64,000 bases of DNA from Spirochaetota bacterium (lineage in GTDB: Bacteria; Spirochaetota; UBA4802; UBA5550), in the NCBI GenBank assembly GCA_016928865.1, contig JAFGJX010000069.1, positions 124,913 through 188,912 on the forward strand, given 5' to 3'. The notes beneath the pieces are model-generated. The model ran no database searches. It worked only from the letters and a program-made list of their open reading frames with translations, and had not been told where the DNA came from. Numbering within the stretch: position 1 is the first letter of the stretch; the number at the start of each line of letters is the position of its first letter. Below are positions 1 through 9,647 of this stretch, piece by piece. A program made the position numbers and the translations under genes.

Positions 1-1
1 T

Positions 2-172
2 TCGATAGGGAAAAGGATGGACATCCTTTACGATAGAAAAAATCCAGCCCGCGTTTTCGTAAGAGAGGAGCTGCGTTTGACGATCCTGGTTCCTTTTACC
101 ATTCATCTCACCCTCGCGTCCCTTGGCCTTGTTTTCATTATTTACGGATTCAGGAAGCTGATATGCGATTAA
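2..172 (+). CDS. 3' end of a gene that starts upstream of the window; hydrophobic C-terminal tail, product unknown
   Basis: The frame is open from nt 2 to TAA at 170-172 (..MDILYDRKNPARVFVREELRLTILVPFTIHLTLASLGLVFIIYGFRKLICD*). It is shorter than the ORF-track cutoff and has no recognisable motif. Confidence 0.3.
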   Translation, partial: SIGKRMDILYDRKNPARVFVREELRLTILVPFTIHLTLASLGLVFIIYGFRKLICD

Positions 173-297
173 ATGTATGAAATAAATTCATTCATGTCAC
201 CCCTGCGGGATTCCAGGTCATATTTCACTTGACGGTTGCAGCGCACGTGCATATATCATGGCAGCAATTAATTCAATATTTACCGGAAATAACTTCA

Positions 298-492
298 ATG
301 AAGATAACAAAAAACACAAAGGCGCCGGATGCACTGAAATTATCTCCCGGCATACTCGCGGTATTCAAAAAACACAATCTCTATTGCCCCTCGTGCAAGG
401 GGATCGGGGAAGATACCATAGAAAAGATCGCCATCTGCAAGGGGATGGATGTTCAGACATTCGTTGACGAACTGAACGCGGCGCTGGAATAA
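298..492 (+). CDS. small DUF1858-like redox-disulfide domain protein
   Basis: The ~65-aa product MKITKNTKAPDALKLSPGILAVFKKHNLYCPSCKG..GMDVQTFVDELNAAL matches my recollection of the DUF1858 / hybrid-cluster-associated small domain (CPxC). Start taken at internal ATG 298 of ORF 229..492. Confidence 0.55.
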   Translation: MKITKNTKAPDALKLSPGILAVFKKHNLYCPSCKGIGEDTIEKIAICKGMDVQTFVDELNAALE

Positions 493-493
493 A

Positions 494-1078
494 ATGGGCG
501 GCGTCAGGATCATCGCAGGCGGGCTGAAGGGGAGGCTGATCCCTTTTGAGAACCGTAAGTTCGATGATGCGGATATCACCCCGCAAAAGGTCAAGGGAGC
601 GGTATTTTCCATGATCGGCGAATACCTTCACGGACAGGGGTTCCTTGACCTGTATGCCGGCTCCGGCCAGATCGGGATAGAGGCCCTGAGCAGGGGAGCG
701 GACCCGGTTGTCTTCAATGACCGGGACGCCAGGCGCTGCCGGTTCATAGCATCATATTGTGAAGGGCTGGGGATGAAAAAGCAGCCCCTTGTGCTCAACA
801 TGTCGGCGGAGCGCGCGGTTGTCTTCCTCGGATCAAGGCGAATCCTGTTTCGCCATATATTTCTTGACCCGCCCTACGAGAAAATAAAGCGCGGCGTATC
901 GGTCTATCCCGATGTAATCAGGAAAATCGGGGAGGCGGGCATGCTCGCTCCTGACGGCGACATCATCATTCAGCATTTCACCGGGAATGTCATGGATGAG
1001 GAGATCGGGAAGTATAGCCTGACCGCCACGAAGAGGTACGGGAGAACGGCGCTGTCAGTGTATTCGCTAACGCCTTAG
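494..1078 (+). CDS. rsmD: 16S rRNA (guanine966-N2)-methyltransferase RsmD
   Basis: It carries the SAM-binding motif DLYAGSGQIGIEALSRGA and the FLDPPY motif. The 194-aa length is typical of RsmD. Confidence 0.85.
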   Translation: MGGVRIIAGGLKGRLIPFENRKFDDADITPQKVKGAVFSMIGEYLHGQGFLDLYAGSGQIGIEALSRGADPVVFNDRDARRCRFIASYCEGLGMKKQPLVLNMSAERAVVFLGSRRILFRHIFLDPPYEKIKRGVSVYPDVIRKIGEAGMLAPDGDIIIQHFTGNVMDEEIGKYSLTATKRYGRTALSVYSLTP

Positions 1079-1308
1079 TTGAGCCAGACCAGATACCGGA
1101 GTTTTATACCGGGCGGCTCAAGGCTCATGCTGATTTCACGCAGATTTCACATCCTGCCGGAGATAATTGTTAACCCGGTGTAAATTATGCGTCTTTTCTC
1201 GACAAGTCATCTGTCAGTTTCCTGAAAAACTCCATATAATTGTTGACGTATGTTGCGGATACCTTCTGTTATCTCTATGAGATAAGGATGGCGCAGAGGC
1301 AGGCTGAA

Positions 1309-2988
1309 ATGGAAACCAACGAGAAGACAACCACGAATTTCATCAAGGATATCATCGAAGATGACCTCGAGAAGGGCAAGAACGGCGGCCAGGTGGTGAC
1401 ACGGTTTCCACCGGAGCCGAACGGCTATCTGCACATCGGGCACGCAAAATCGATATGCCTCAATTTCGGCCTCGCGAAGCGGTACGGCGGCCGCTGCCAC
1501 CTCCGCATGGATGACACCAACCCGGAGAAGGAGGACGTCGAGTACACCGATTCCATCATCAATGACGTGAAGTGGCTCGGCTTTGACTGGGGAGAGCACC
1601 TCTATTACGCGTCGGACTATTTCGAGCAGCTGTACGAGTGGGCCGTGCTCCTCATCAAAAAGGGGCTCGCCTATGTCTCCGACATGACCCCGGACGAGGT
1701 GTCCGCGACCAGGGGCGGCCCCACCTGGGCCGGGCAGGAGGACCCGGGCCGAAAGCGCGGCGTGGAGGAGAACCTCGACCTGTTCGCGCGCATGCGCGCC
1801 GGCGATTTCCCCGACGGCACGAAGACCCTGCGCGCGAAGATAGACATGGCCGCGCCGAACATCAATATGCGCGATCCGGTTCTCTACCGGATCAAGCACG
1901 AGAATCACCACCGCACCGGGGGCACCTGGTGCATCTACCCCATGTACGATTTCGCACACGGCCAGTCTGATTACATTGAGGGGATCACTCACTCGATCTG
2001 CACCCTGGAGTTCGAGGTGCACCGCCCCCTGTACGACTGGTTCCTGGACCAGATCGCCGAACCGGGCCGGGTACGCCCGCGCCAGATCGAGTTCGCCCGC
2101 CTGAGCCTTTCCTACACGGTAATGAGCAAGCGGAAGCTCCTGGAGCTGGTTGAGACGAAATTCGTTCGGGGATGGGACGATCCGCGCATGCCCACCATCT
2201 CCGGCCTGCGACGGCGCGGGTACACGCCGGAATCGATCCGCGATTTTGCGGACCGGATCGGCGTCGCCAAGGCCGACAACGTCGTCGACGTGGCCCTGCT
2301 CGAGCACTGCGTCAGGGAGGACCTGAACCGGCGCGCGCCGCGGGTCATCGCGGTGCTGAACCCGTTGAGGGTCGTCATTGAGAACTACCCGGAGGGGCAG
2401 ACCGAGGAGCTCGACGCGGTGAACAATCCGGAAGACGAGAGCATGGGAAAGCGGAAGCTGCCGTTTTCCCGGGAGCTTTATATTGAACGCGAGGATTTCC
2501 GGGAGGAGGCCGCGGGGAAGTTCTTCAGGCTCGCGCCGGGCAAGGAGGTCAGGTTCAAGTTCGCCTACTATCTGACCTGCACCGGCGTCGTCAGGGACGA
2601 CCGGGGCGAGATTGTCGAGGTCCGCTGCACCTACGACCCGGCGACCCGCGGCGGCTGGTCACAGGATGGACGCAAGGTCAAGGGGACCATACACTGGCTT
2701 TCCGCGGAGCACGCGATCCCGGCGGAGGTTCGGCTCTATGACCGCCTCTTCACCGCCATCGAGCCGGAAAATACGAAAGATGTCGAGGACTACCGGACCC
2801 TGCTGAACCCCGATTCGTTGAAGGTGCTCGACCGCTGTCTTGTCGAGCAGTCGCTCAAGGGCGCGAAGCCGGGCACGCAGTACCAGTTCGAGCGCCTCGG
2901 GTATTTCTGCGTGGATCATGATTCAACAGCCGACCGGCTCGTGTTCAACCGCACGGTCACGCTGAAGGACTCGAAGGGCAAGGATTGA
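1309..2988 (+). CDS. glnS: glutaminyl-tRNA synthetase
   Basis: Class I motifs YLHIGHAKS (HIGH) and VMSKR (KMSKS type) are present. The N-terminus [26 protein letters not shown] is collinear with E. coli GlnRS. Start chosen at ATG 1309 (AGAGG 9 nt upstream); ATG 1288 and the track start 1240 remain possible. Confidence 0.93.
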   Translation: METNEKTTTNFIKDIIEDDLEKGKNGGQVVTRFPPEPNGYLHIGHAKSICLNFGLAKRYGGRCHLRMDDTNPEKEDVEYTDSIINDVKWLGFDWGEHLYYASDYFEQLYEWAVLLIKKGLAYVSDMTPDEVSATRGGPTWAGQEDPGRKRGVEENLDLFARMRAGDFPDGTKTLRAKIDMAAPNINMRDPVLYRIKHENHHRTGGTWCIYPMYDFAHGQSDYIEGITHSICTLEFEVHRPLYDWFLDQIAEPGRVRPRQIEFARLSLSYTVMSKRKLLELVETKFVRGWDDPRMPTISGLRRRGYTPESIRDFADRIGVAKADNVVDVALLEHCVREDLNRRAPRVIAVLNPLRVVIENYPEGQTEELDAVNNPEDESMGKRKLPFSRELYIEREDFREEAAGKFFRLAPGKEVRFKFAYYLTCTGVVRDDRGEIVEVRCTYDPATRGGWSQDGRKVKGTIHWLSAEHAIPAEVRLYDRLFTAIEPENTKDVEDYRTLLNPDSLKVLDRCLVEQSLKGAKPGTQYQFERLGYFCVDHDSTADRLVFNRTVTLKDSKGKD

Positions 2989-3768
2989 TCATTTCCCCAG
3001 ATACTCCACCGTCAGGTCCTGAATCGCCGATATGGCCCGCAGGTAGGGGAGGGGCGCCTCGGCCCTGAGGTTGTGCTCCGCGAAGGCGATATACCGGTTG
3101 AGGCCGGCGCCGCCGGGCCGGGTCGCGTCGACCAGGCGCCACGAACCGTTTTGATACGCCTCGGCCCACATGTGGTAGACGAAAACGTTTTTATTTCCCA
3201 GAAAATCATCAGCAAGATACATCCCCACAATGGCGCGTGCGGGAACGCCGAGCTTTCGCAGCAGCGCGACCGACAGGATGCTGTGCTCGGTGCAGTCTCC
3301 GCTTTTCATGCGATACACCTGCGCCGCTGCCGCCAGCGGTATGCCGAGGGTTTTTGTGCTGATGTGCCGGTAAACGAAAGCTTCAACCGCGCGCACGGGG
3401 TCCTTCGCTTTGCCGAGCCGCGACGCCGCCCCGGAGATCTCCGGCGACGCCAGGTTCAGGAACCTGGCGTCATTAAGATATTCTTCGCCCGATGGAGGCC
3501 TGTCAGTGCCGCGACCCGCCTCTCCCGTCCGTATATCAAGTATCTTTCTGCCGTCCTTGAGCATGCTGCGGGTCACCGACTGGCGACGGTTTTCCGCCAG
3601 CGAGAAGCCCTGATCTGACGAGACAAGGCGGAAGCGTGACGTCTTCTGCCGGTAAATTTCTTCGTTGAAATTCTTAACGTTCACGGTATAGTTAAACGGG
3701 TCAAGTGAATAGGCGGGAGTTATCGTGAGAATGAGAAGAAGGAAGGTGTATGATGTCATTTTTTTCAT
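2989..3768 (-). CDS. exported transglutaminase-like cysteine protease family protein
   Basis: A Cys-His-Asp core is visible: GDCTEHSILSVALLRKLGVPAR .. YHMWAEAY .. RLVDAT. The N-terminus MKKMTSYTFLLLILTITPAYS looks like a signal peptide. Start is uncertain (3768 or 3813). Confidence 0.78.
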   Translation of the reverse strand: MKKMTSYTFLLLILTITPAYSLDPFNYTVNVKNFNEEIYRQKTSRFRLVSSDQGFSLAENRRQSVTRSMLKDGRKILDIRTGEAGRGTDRPPSGEEYLNDARFLNLASPEISGAASRLGKAKDPVRAVEAFVYRHISTKTLGIPLAAAAQVYRMKSGDCTEHSILSVALLRKLGVPARAIVGMYLADDFLGNKNVFVYHMWAEAYQNGSWRLVDATRPGGAGLNRYIAFAEHNLRAEAPLPYLRAISAIQDLTVEYLGK

Positions 3769-3809
3769 GACGATTGGCTGGTTCCCGCGCGCTGTTCGAT
3801 ACTGCCGCG

Positions 3810-4496
3810 TCATTCGAGAATCAGCTCGAGCCTGTTGTTCAGCATGGTTATAACCGACCTGTGGATGACGCCTTTTGCATCGATATATGAATCGATGTTT
3901 TTGAGGTTTTCGATCGACGTGCCCAGACGGATCAGGTCAATGGACCGCCCCCTGATCTCCACCGACTCGATTCCCATGACCTTGACCATCATCAGCACCG
4001 GCTCTTCCGTGTCCACCGACGGCTCGTAGATGTAGTTCCTGACGACGGTCCCCTCCCTGAACCCGTTCCGTATCAGCTCGTTCATAAAATAATTTCCCTC
4101 GATGATGAAGGGCCTGGCTATGGTGACGGTCGATTTAGCATCGCCGGTGTCCAGCTCGACAACGGAGCCGTTGAATTTCGCCACCGTTTTTGTTTTGTGG
4201 ACCTGATTGTTCTGAACCATTGTGCTGTACACCTCAAGGCTCAGCGGCCTGAAATCCCGTGTCTCGGTGGTGACCTGACGTACGCGGTTCTGGACGTATC
4301 CCGCGTTCATCTCCATCTCCATGGTCGAGACGTAACGGTTGTCTGAGAGCGAGTTCGTGAACACGGCGCTTCCGATGTCGGCCCCGTTGACAAGGAGCCG
4401 GTACTTCCAGGTGCCGGTCGGAATCGCCGAGGGCTTGCCGCGGCAGGCGCCGGCAAAGGAGATCGCGATAAGCAGCATAGATACCAATTGTTTCAC
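3810..4496 (-). CDS. secreted hypothetical protein
   Basis: A GTG start is preceded by AGGAGGAAGG. The signal peptide is MKQLVSMLLIAISFAGACRG. No catalytic motif is recognised. It is co-directional with gltX and the transglutaminase-like gene. Confidence 0.6.
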   Translation of the reverse strand: MKQLVSMLLIAISFAGACRGKPSAIPTGTWKYRLLVNGADIGSAVFTNSLSDNRYVSTMEMEMNAGYVQNRVRQVTTETRDFRPLSLEVYSTMVQNNQVHKTKTVAKFNGSVVELDTGDAKSTVTIARPFIIEGNYFMNELIRNGFREGTVVRNYIYEPSVDTEEPVLMMVKVMGIESVEIRGRSIDLIRLGTSIENLKNIDSYIDAKGVIHRSVITMLNNRLELILE

Positions 4497-4539
4497 CGTG
4501 GCCTTCCTCCTGCGAATGAATATTTATGCCGCCGGACGC

Positions 4540-5982
4540 TTACCGGCAGTACCTGTCATGGCAGTACTCAACCCGTTTCCTGCATTTTTCGTAGCCGATC
4601 AGGGGCATCGACTGGTCCAGCTCCGGGCCCTTCTGACGCCCGGTAATGATCGCCCTGAGCGGCATGAAGAGGTTTTTCCCTTTCAACCCGGTAACGTCCT
4701 TAACGCGCGCGACCAGTCCGGCCGCGAAATTGTCTGCGGTAAGCTCCCCGCGAAACAGGTCATGCGCGGCGGTGATAACCTTTTTTGAATCTTCACCCCT
4801 GAGCATGGCGTCGGCGTCCTCGTCAGGCTCGGCGACATCGTCAAGGAAAATGCCGATGAGCGAGCTGATATCGGACAGGAGCTCGCACTTGGTCCGCAGT
4901 ACCGCGATGATCTCGGTCAGGTGCCGGCGGCTGGCTGCGGACGTGTCGTATCCGGCCATGGTTATGTGCGGGATGAACAGGTCGATGAGCCGCTCGATCG
5001 GGTATTCGCGCAGGTACATGCCGTTCATCCATCTGAGCTTCTGGAAGTCGAATATCGGCGCGTTCTTGGAAAGCTTTTTCAGGTCGATCTGGTCGATGAT
5101 CGTTTCCAGGGGGAGGATCTCCTCGCCGGATTCGGACGCCCAGCCGAGCATCGCCATGTAGTTCATGAGGGCCTCCGGGAGGTAGCCCTGCGAGCGGTAC
5201 ATCTCCACCGAGGTGATGCCGTGGCGCTTTGAGAGCTTGGACCGGTCGGGCCCCATGATGAGGGGCAAGTGCGCGTATTCCGGCTCGGGAAGGCCGAGGG
5301 CGCGGGCTACCAGCAGCTGCTTGGGCGTATTGGAGAGGTGGTCGTCGCCGCGGATCACCAGGCTGATCTTCATGAGCGCATCGTCGATGATCACGATGTA
5401 GTTGAAGACCGGAACGCCGTCCGACCGTATGATGATGAAGTCGCCGCCGATGTTGCTGCTGTTGAACTCGACCGGGCCCTTGATCATGTCCCGCACGACC
5501 ACCGGCTCGTTATCAGGGACGCGGAAACGCACGGTTGGCGTGCGGCCTTCGGCCTCGAATTTTTTTCGCTCCGCGTCGGTCAGGTTGCGGCACCTGCCGC
5601 TGTAGGTGTACGATTCGGCCTCGCCGCCGGCGCCCTTTTTCGTGCTCTCCAGCTCTTCCTTCGTGCAGTAGCAGCGGTAGGCGTTTCCCTGGCTGATGAG
5701 CTGCTCCGTGTACTTCCGGTATATGTCAAAGCGCTCGGACTGGCGGTAGGGCCCGTACGGGCCGCCCCGGTCCGGGCCTTCGTCCCAGAAGATGCCGAGC
5801 CAGGCGAGGTCACGGTATATCGATTCCTCCGATTCCCGCGTGCTTCGTTCCATGTCGGTGTCCTCGATGCGGAGCACCATGGTGGCCCGGTTTTTCTTTG
5901 CGACCAGATAATTGACGATCGCCGTGCGCGCATTGCCCACGTGCAGAAAACCCGTGGGGCTGGGTGCGAATCTGACTCTCAT
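4540..5982 (-). CDS. gltX: glutamyl-tRNA synthetase
   Basis: The motifs RFAPSPTGFLHVGNARTA (HIGH type) and KLSKRH (KMSKS) are present. An AAGGAG Shine-Dalgarno precedes the ATG. Confidence 0.95.
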   Translation of the reverse strand: MRVRFAPSPTGFLHVGNARTAIVNYLVAKKNRATMVLRIEDTDMERSTRESEESIYRDLAWLGIFWDEGPDRGGPYGPYRQSERFDIYRKYTEQLISQGNAYRCYCTKEELESTKKGAGGEAESYTYSGRCRNLTDAERKKFEAEGRTPTVRFRVPDNEPVVVRDMIKGPVEFNSSNIGGDFIIIRSDGVPVFNYIVIIDDALMKISLVIRGDDHLSNTPKQLLVARALGLPEPEYAHLPLIMGPDRSKLSKRHGITSVEMYRSQGYLPEALMNYMAMLGWASESGEEILPLETIIDQIDLKKLSKNAPIFDFQKLRWMNGMYLREYPIERLIDLFIPHITMAGYDTSAASRRHLTEIIAVLRTKCELLSDISSLIGIFLDDVAEPDEDADAMLRGEDSKKVITAAHDLFRGELTADNFAAGLVARVKDVTGLKGKNLFMPLRAIITGRQKGPELDQSMPLIGYEKCRKRVEYCHDRYCR

Positions 5983-5996
5983 GACAGGCTCCTTTC

Positions 5997-6230
5997 TCAG
6001 TAGTCGTACAGGTTGGCCGACGGCCTGCCGGTGACGATCTCCTTGGCGTCGCGCTCGATCCGGTTGACCAGCTGCTGTATCTTGTCAACCGTTTCCTCGG
6101 CGTAGAGCACCTTGTCACAGCGCGTGCATTTGAACGCGGGTATATTATCGATGATGAGCGAGAAGTTTTTCTTGCTGACCCGATACGAGCTTTTTCCGTC
6201 TATGAGGGCGCCGCCGCAATCGCAATTCAT
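5997..6230 (-). CDS. small zinc-ribbon protein (YgiT/MqsA-N-terminal type)
   Basis: This 77-aa product has two Cys pairs (MNCDCGG .. FKCTRCD). A GGGAGGG SD is present and the gene ends 14 nt upstream of gltX. Confidence 0.65.
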   Translation of the reverse strand: MNCDCGGALIDGKSSYRVSKKNFSLIIDNIPAFKCTRCDKVLYAEETVDKIQQLVNRIERDAKEIVTGRPSANLYDY

Positions 6231-6527
6231 TGGATATCCCTCCCAGAGATTGTCTCCCCGGCACGTAGGCCGCAGGGACGGGCGGCGCGCCGGAAAAGGC
6301 TGACTGTGCCTGGCGCGGTTCAGCGGAAGCGAGCCCTGCGCGCTTCCGCGCGCGGGAAAGCGGCTCCGACCACGGCATCAAGTACGATTACGTCTATAGC
6401 TGACAGGGAATTCGAATGTCAAGATATAATTTCTTGACAAATCCTTTTTGTTTCCCCGTGAGTTATTAAACGGGGCGGTGATGATTGTTTCCGGCGGGGA
6501 ACCGAATTTTTATGCTGGAGATTTTTC

Positions 6528-7289
6528 ATGGAGAGAGATATCGATCAGGCGGTTAAGGCAATCGTGAATGCGGGGTACGTCATCGCCCTTACCGGAGCCG
6601 GCATCTCGACAGAGAGCGGCATTCCCGATTTCAGGAGCGCCGGCGGTCTGTGGGCGAAGTACAACCCGGCCGAATACGCAACTATCGAGGCGTTCCGCTC
6701 GGATCCGGAAAAGGTGTGGCGGATGCTGTTTGACATGGTCGACATCACCGTGAGCGCGCGGTACAACGCGGGACATGCGGCCCTGGCCGAGCTTGAAAAG
6801 ATGGACATCCTGCGCTGCGTAATCACGCAGAACATCGACAACCTCCACCAGGAGGCGGGAAGCGAAAACGTGATTGAATATCATGGGAACGTGAGCCGCC
6901 TGGAGTGTCTCTACTGCGGCCAGGACTATGACAAGAACGAATTTGACGCGGTCACGCTCATTCAGAACAGGATTCCGCCGATCTGTAAAAAGTGCGGCGA
7001 GATACTCAAGCCGGCGGTGATACTGTTCGGCGAGCTGATTCCCGAGGAAGCGACGGTGCGCTCGCTGGAGGCGGCGCGGAAGGCCGATGCGGTCCTGGTC
7101 ATCGGCACCTCGGCCGTGGTCTACCCGGCGGCGAACATACCCCTCGTGGCCAAACAGAACCGAGCGGTCATAATCGAGTTTAACACCGAGACGACCGCGC
7201 TCACGAATTTCGCGACGGATATATTCATACAGGGCATGGCGGGCCAGACGCTGCCTGAGATGGTGCGGCGCCTGAAGGCGGCCCGGTAG
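6528..7289 (+). CDS. cobB: NAD-dependent protein deacylase, Sir2/CobB family
   Basis: The motifs GAGISTESGIPDFRS, QNIDNLH and a Zn ribbon (CLYCG..CKKCG) are present. The 253-aa length is typical of CobB. Confidence 0.9.
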   Translation: MERDIDQAVKAIVNAGYVIALTGAGISTESGIPDFRSAGGLWAKYNPAEYATIEAFRSDPEKVWRMLFDMVDITVSARYNAGHAALAELEKMDILRCVITQNIDNLHQEAGSENVIEYHGNVSRLECLYCGQDYDKNEFDAVTLIQNRIPPICKKCGEILKPAVILFGELIPEEATVRSLEAARKADAVLVIGTSAVVYPAANIPLVAKQNRAVIIEFNTETTALTNFATDIFIQGMAGQTLPEMVRRLKAAR

Positions 7290-7297
7290 GAGCTGGA

Positions 7298-9097
7298 TTG
7301 GACCGGATACGATTATTACCCGATATCGTCAAGAAGAAGATTGCGGCGGGCGAGGTTGTTGAAGGCCCGTTTTCCGTGGTCAAGGAGCTTCTTGAGAACT
7401 CGATCGACGCGGGAGCGGAACGTATCGACGTGCAGGTCGCGGACGGCGGCCTGAAGAAAATACTGGTGCGCGACGACGGCCGCGGCATGCACCGGGATGA
7501 CATCCGGCTGGCGGTCGCTGAACACGCGACCAGCAAGATAGAAGACATCCATGACATAGAGCGGATCGCGTCCTACGGGTTCCGGGGCGAGGCGCTTTCG
7601 AGCATATCCTCGGTCTCGCGGCTTGCGATTCTTTCCCGGCGCGCGGATGAAGAGAGCGGCGGGCGCCTGACCGCGTCGGACGGAAACGTCCAGGTAACGG
7701 ATTTCGGCGGTCCTTCCGGGACCACGGTGATCGTCGAGAACCTGTTCTACAACGTGCCGGCCCGCAAAAAGTTCCTCAAGTCGGCGCGCACCGAGCTCCG
7801 CCTGATCAGGGAGACCCTGCTGAAGATCGCGCTGCCTCATCCTGAGATCGCGTTCTCCCTGGATGTGGATGACGCGCGCACGATCACGCTTCCCCGCGCC
7901 GACGGTATCGAAGAGCGCCTCGCGCAGGTGTACGGGGGCGGCATCATGAACGACCTCTACCATGAGACACTCCGCGACCTGAAGGTCGCGGTCTCCGGGT
8001 TCCTGTCACGGCCTCATTTCCTGAAATCAAACCGCGCCATGCAGCTCATGTACGTGAACATGCGGCCGGTCGAATACCGCTACCTCGGATTTCTCCTTTC
8101 CAGGGCATACGAGGCGGTTGCCGGCCGCGGTAAATATCCGGCCGGCATCATCTTTATCGATATCGATCCCGGGCTCGTGGACGTGAACATTCACCCGGCA
8201 AAAAAAGAGGTGAAGCTCTTTGACGGGCACTATATCGACCGGCTGATTATCTCGCTGGCCGAGAAGGCGGTCGGCAGGGAGCACCGGATCGACGGCGGAG
8301 TTTTTGCCGCGGGCGGCGCCGTCGAAACAGACCGGCCGGCGGCGCGGCAGCAGGAAGCCGCTTCAGGAGAATCATTGTCGAGGCTTCCTGGAATTGGTTC
8401 GAGCGCGCCGGTAACGGCGAAGCCGTCAGACCTTGACGCGCCGTCCGAATATATGAAGGATGTATCGGCCTTATATCATGACATCGAACGGAGCAGGACT
8501 TCCCGCATTATAGGAATTGCTTTCGGCACGTTTATTCTCGTTGAAAAAGGGGATGCCCTGTATTTCATAGATTTTCATGCGGCGCATGAGCGGATACTCT
8601 ATGATTCCCTTCTCGATACGGGCGCATCCTTCGAAAGCCAGCGGCTCGCGTTTCCGAGCGTGATGGAGCTTTCCATCCAGGACCATGCGCTGGTGCTGGA
8701 AAATATTGACAAATTTTCACAAATTGGATTTGACATAGAGGATTTTTCTGATCATTCATTAAGTATATCGGCTGTTCCGGAGATCGCGCGGGGCGCAGAT
8801 CCACTGGTAATGCTTGAGGATTTTCTCGCAGGGGCGCGCGGCGAGGGCCGGTCATTGAACACGGCGGAGGCAGTTGCCGCGACCGTGGCATGCCACGCGG
8901 CCAAGCGCGCGGGCGACGGAATGACGCAGGCTGACATGGAGAAGCTCGTGGACGACGTATTCAGCGAGGGATACGAGTTGCGCTGTCCGCACGGTAGGCC
9001 GTTCGTGTACCGGCTGGAAAAGGCCGACCTGGAAAAGATGTTTAAAAGACAGCCGGGCGTTGTTTCATTCAGGGACGGCGCGCGGGGCTCTGAATAA
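7298..9097 (+). CDS. mutL: DNA mismatch repair protein MutL
   Basis: The N-terminal GHKL ATPase motif is KIAAGEVVEGPFSVVKELLENSIDAG. The TTG start lies 5 nt after AGGAG. The dimerisation-domain length is consistent (599 aa). Confidence 0.94.
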   Translation: MDRIRLLPDIVKKKIAAGEVVEGPFSVVKELLENSIDAGAERIDVQVADGGLKKILVRDDGRGMHRDDIRLAVAEHATSKIEDIHDIERIASYGFRGEALSSISSVSRLAILSRRADEESGGRLTASDGNVQVTDFGGPSGTTVIVENLFYNVPARKKFLKSARTELRLIRETLLKIALPHPEIAFSLDVDDARTITLPRADGIEERLAQVYGGGIMNDLYHETLRDLKVAVSGFLSRPHFLKSNRAMQLMYVNMRPVEYRYLGFLLSRAYEAVAGRGKYPAGIIFIDIDPGLVDVNIHPAKKEVKLFDGHYIDRLIISLAEKAVGREHRIDGGVFAAGGAVETDRPAARQQEAASGESLSRLPGIGSSAPVTAKPSDLDAPSEYMKDVSALYHDIERSRTSRIIGIAFGTFILVEKGDALYFIDFHAAHERILYDSLLDTGASFESQRLAFPSVMELSIQDHALVLENIDKFSQIGFDIEDFSDHSLSISAVPEIARGADPLVMLEDFLAGARGEGRSLNTAEAVAATVACHAAKRAGDGMTQADMEKLVDDVFSEGYELRCPHGRPFVYRLEKADLEKMFKRQPGVVSFRDGARGSE

Positions 9098-9113
9098 CCA
9101 ATGAGGCGGGTGC

Positions 9114-9647
9114 ATGAAAAAGATCATACTTGGCATATCATCATCAATAGCGGCATACAAGGCCTGCGATCTTATACGAATGTTCGTCAAGGGCGGCTAT
9201 TCCGTCCATGTGGTGACGACTGAGAACGCCCTGCACCTGGTGTCTCCGCTCACCCTGGAGACTCTTTCGGGGAATCCGGTCTATTCCACGCAGTATTCGC
9301 GTGATCGCCGGGAGATGGGGCATATCGAGCTCAAGTCCGACGCATCGCTTTTTCTTGTCGCTCCCGCCACCGCGAACATTATCGGGAAGTTCGCCAACGG
9401 CATCGCCGACGATCTCGTCACCACCACATTCCTGTCGGTCGACTGTCCCATCATCATCGCTCCGGCCATGAACCCGAACATGTACGCGCATCCGGCGGTG
9501 CACCGGAACATCAGGACCCTGAAATACTGGGGGATAGAATTCGTCGAGCCGGCGATGGGGGAAGCGGTATGCGGCGACGAGGGGCTGGGGAAGCTCGCGG
9601 ATATCAATGAAATTTACGCGGCGGCGCTCAATGTACTTGAAGAATAG
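9114..9647 (+). CDS. coaC: phosphopantothenoylcysteine decarboxylase (CoaC flavoprotein domain as a separate ORF)
   Basis: The motifs ILGISSSIAAYKACDLIR and PATANIIGKFANGIADDL are typical of the Dfp N-terminal domain. Confidence 0.85.
   Translation: MKKIILGISSSIAAYKACDLIRMFVKGGYSVHVVTTENALHLVSPLTLETLSGNPVYSTQYSRDRREMGHIELKSDASLFLVAPATANIIGKFANGIADDLVTTTFLSVDCPIIIAPAMNPNMYAHPAVHRNIRTLKYWGIEFVEPAMGEAVCGDEGLGKLADINEIYAAALNVLEE

Noticed and set aside
1207-2307. 366-aa ORF antisense to glnS
   Set aside because: It lies entirely inside a gene with unambiguous GlnRS motifs on the other strand. Its Arg/Gly/Ala/Pro-rich composition is typical of shadow ORFs in GC-rich DNA.
5997-6230. MqsA-like antitoxin of a toxin-antitoxin pair
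   Set aside because: Only the zinc-ribbon part is present. There is no HTH domain and no adjacent small toxin ORF. The neighbour is gltX.
6528-7289. Sir2-domain protein as a defence effector (Thoeris/DSR-like)
   Set aside because: Its size, GAGISTESGIPDFRS, QNIDNLH and zinc ribbon match the housekeeping CobB deacylase. It has no extra domains or defence-type neighbours, and it sits directly upstream of mutL.
9607-9616. AAATTTA heptamer as a programmed -1 frameshift site joining coaC and coaB
   Set aside because: The heptamer is not in the X_XXY_YYZ register of the coaC frame. coaB lies in the +1 frame, not -1, relative to coaC.
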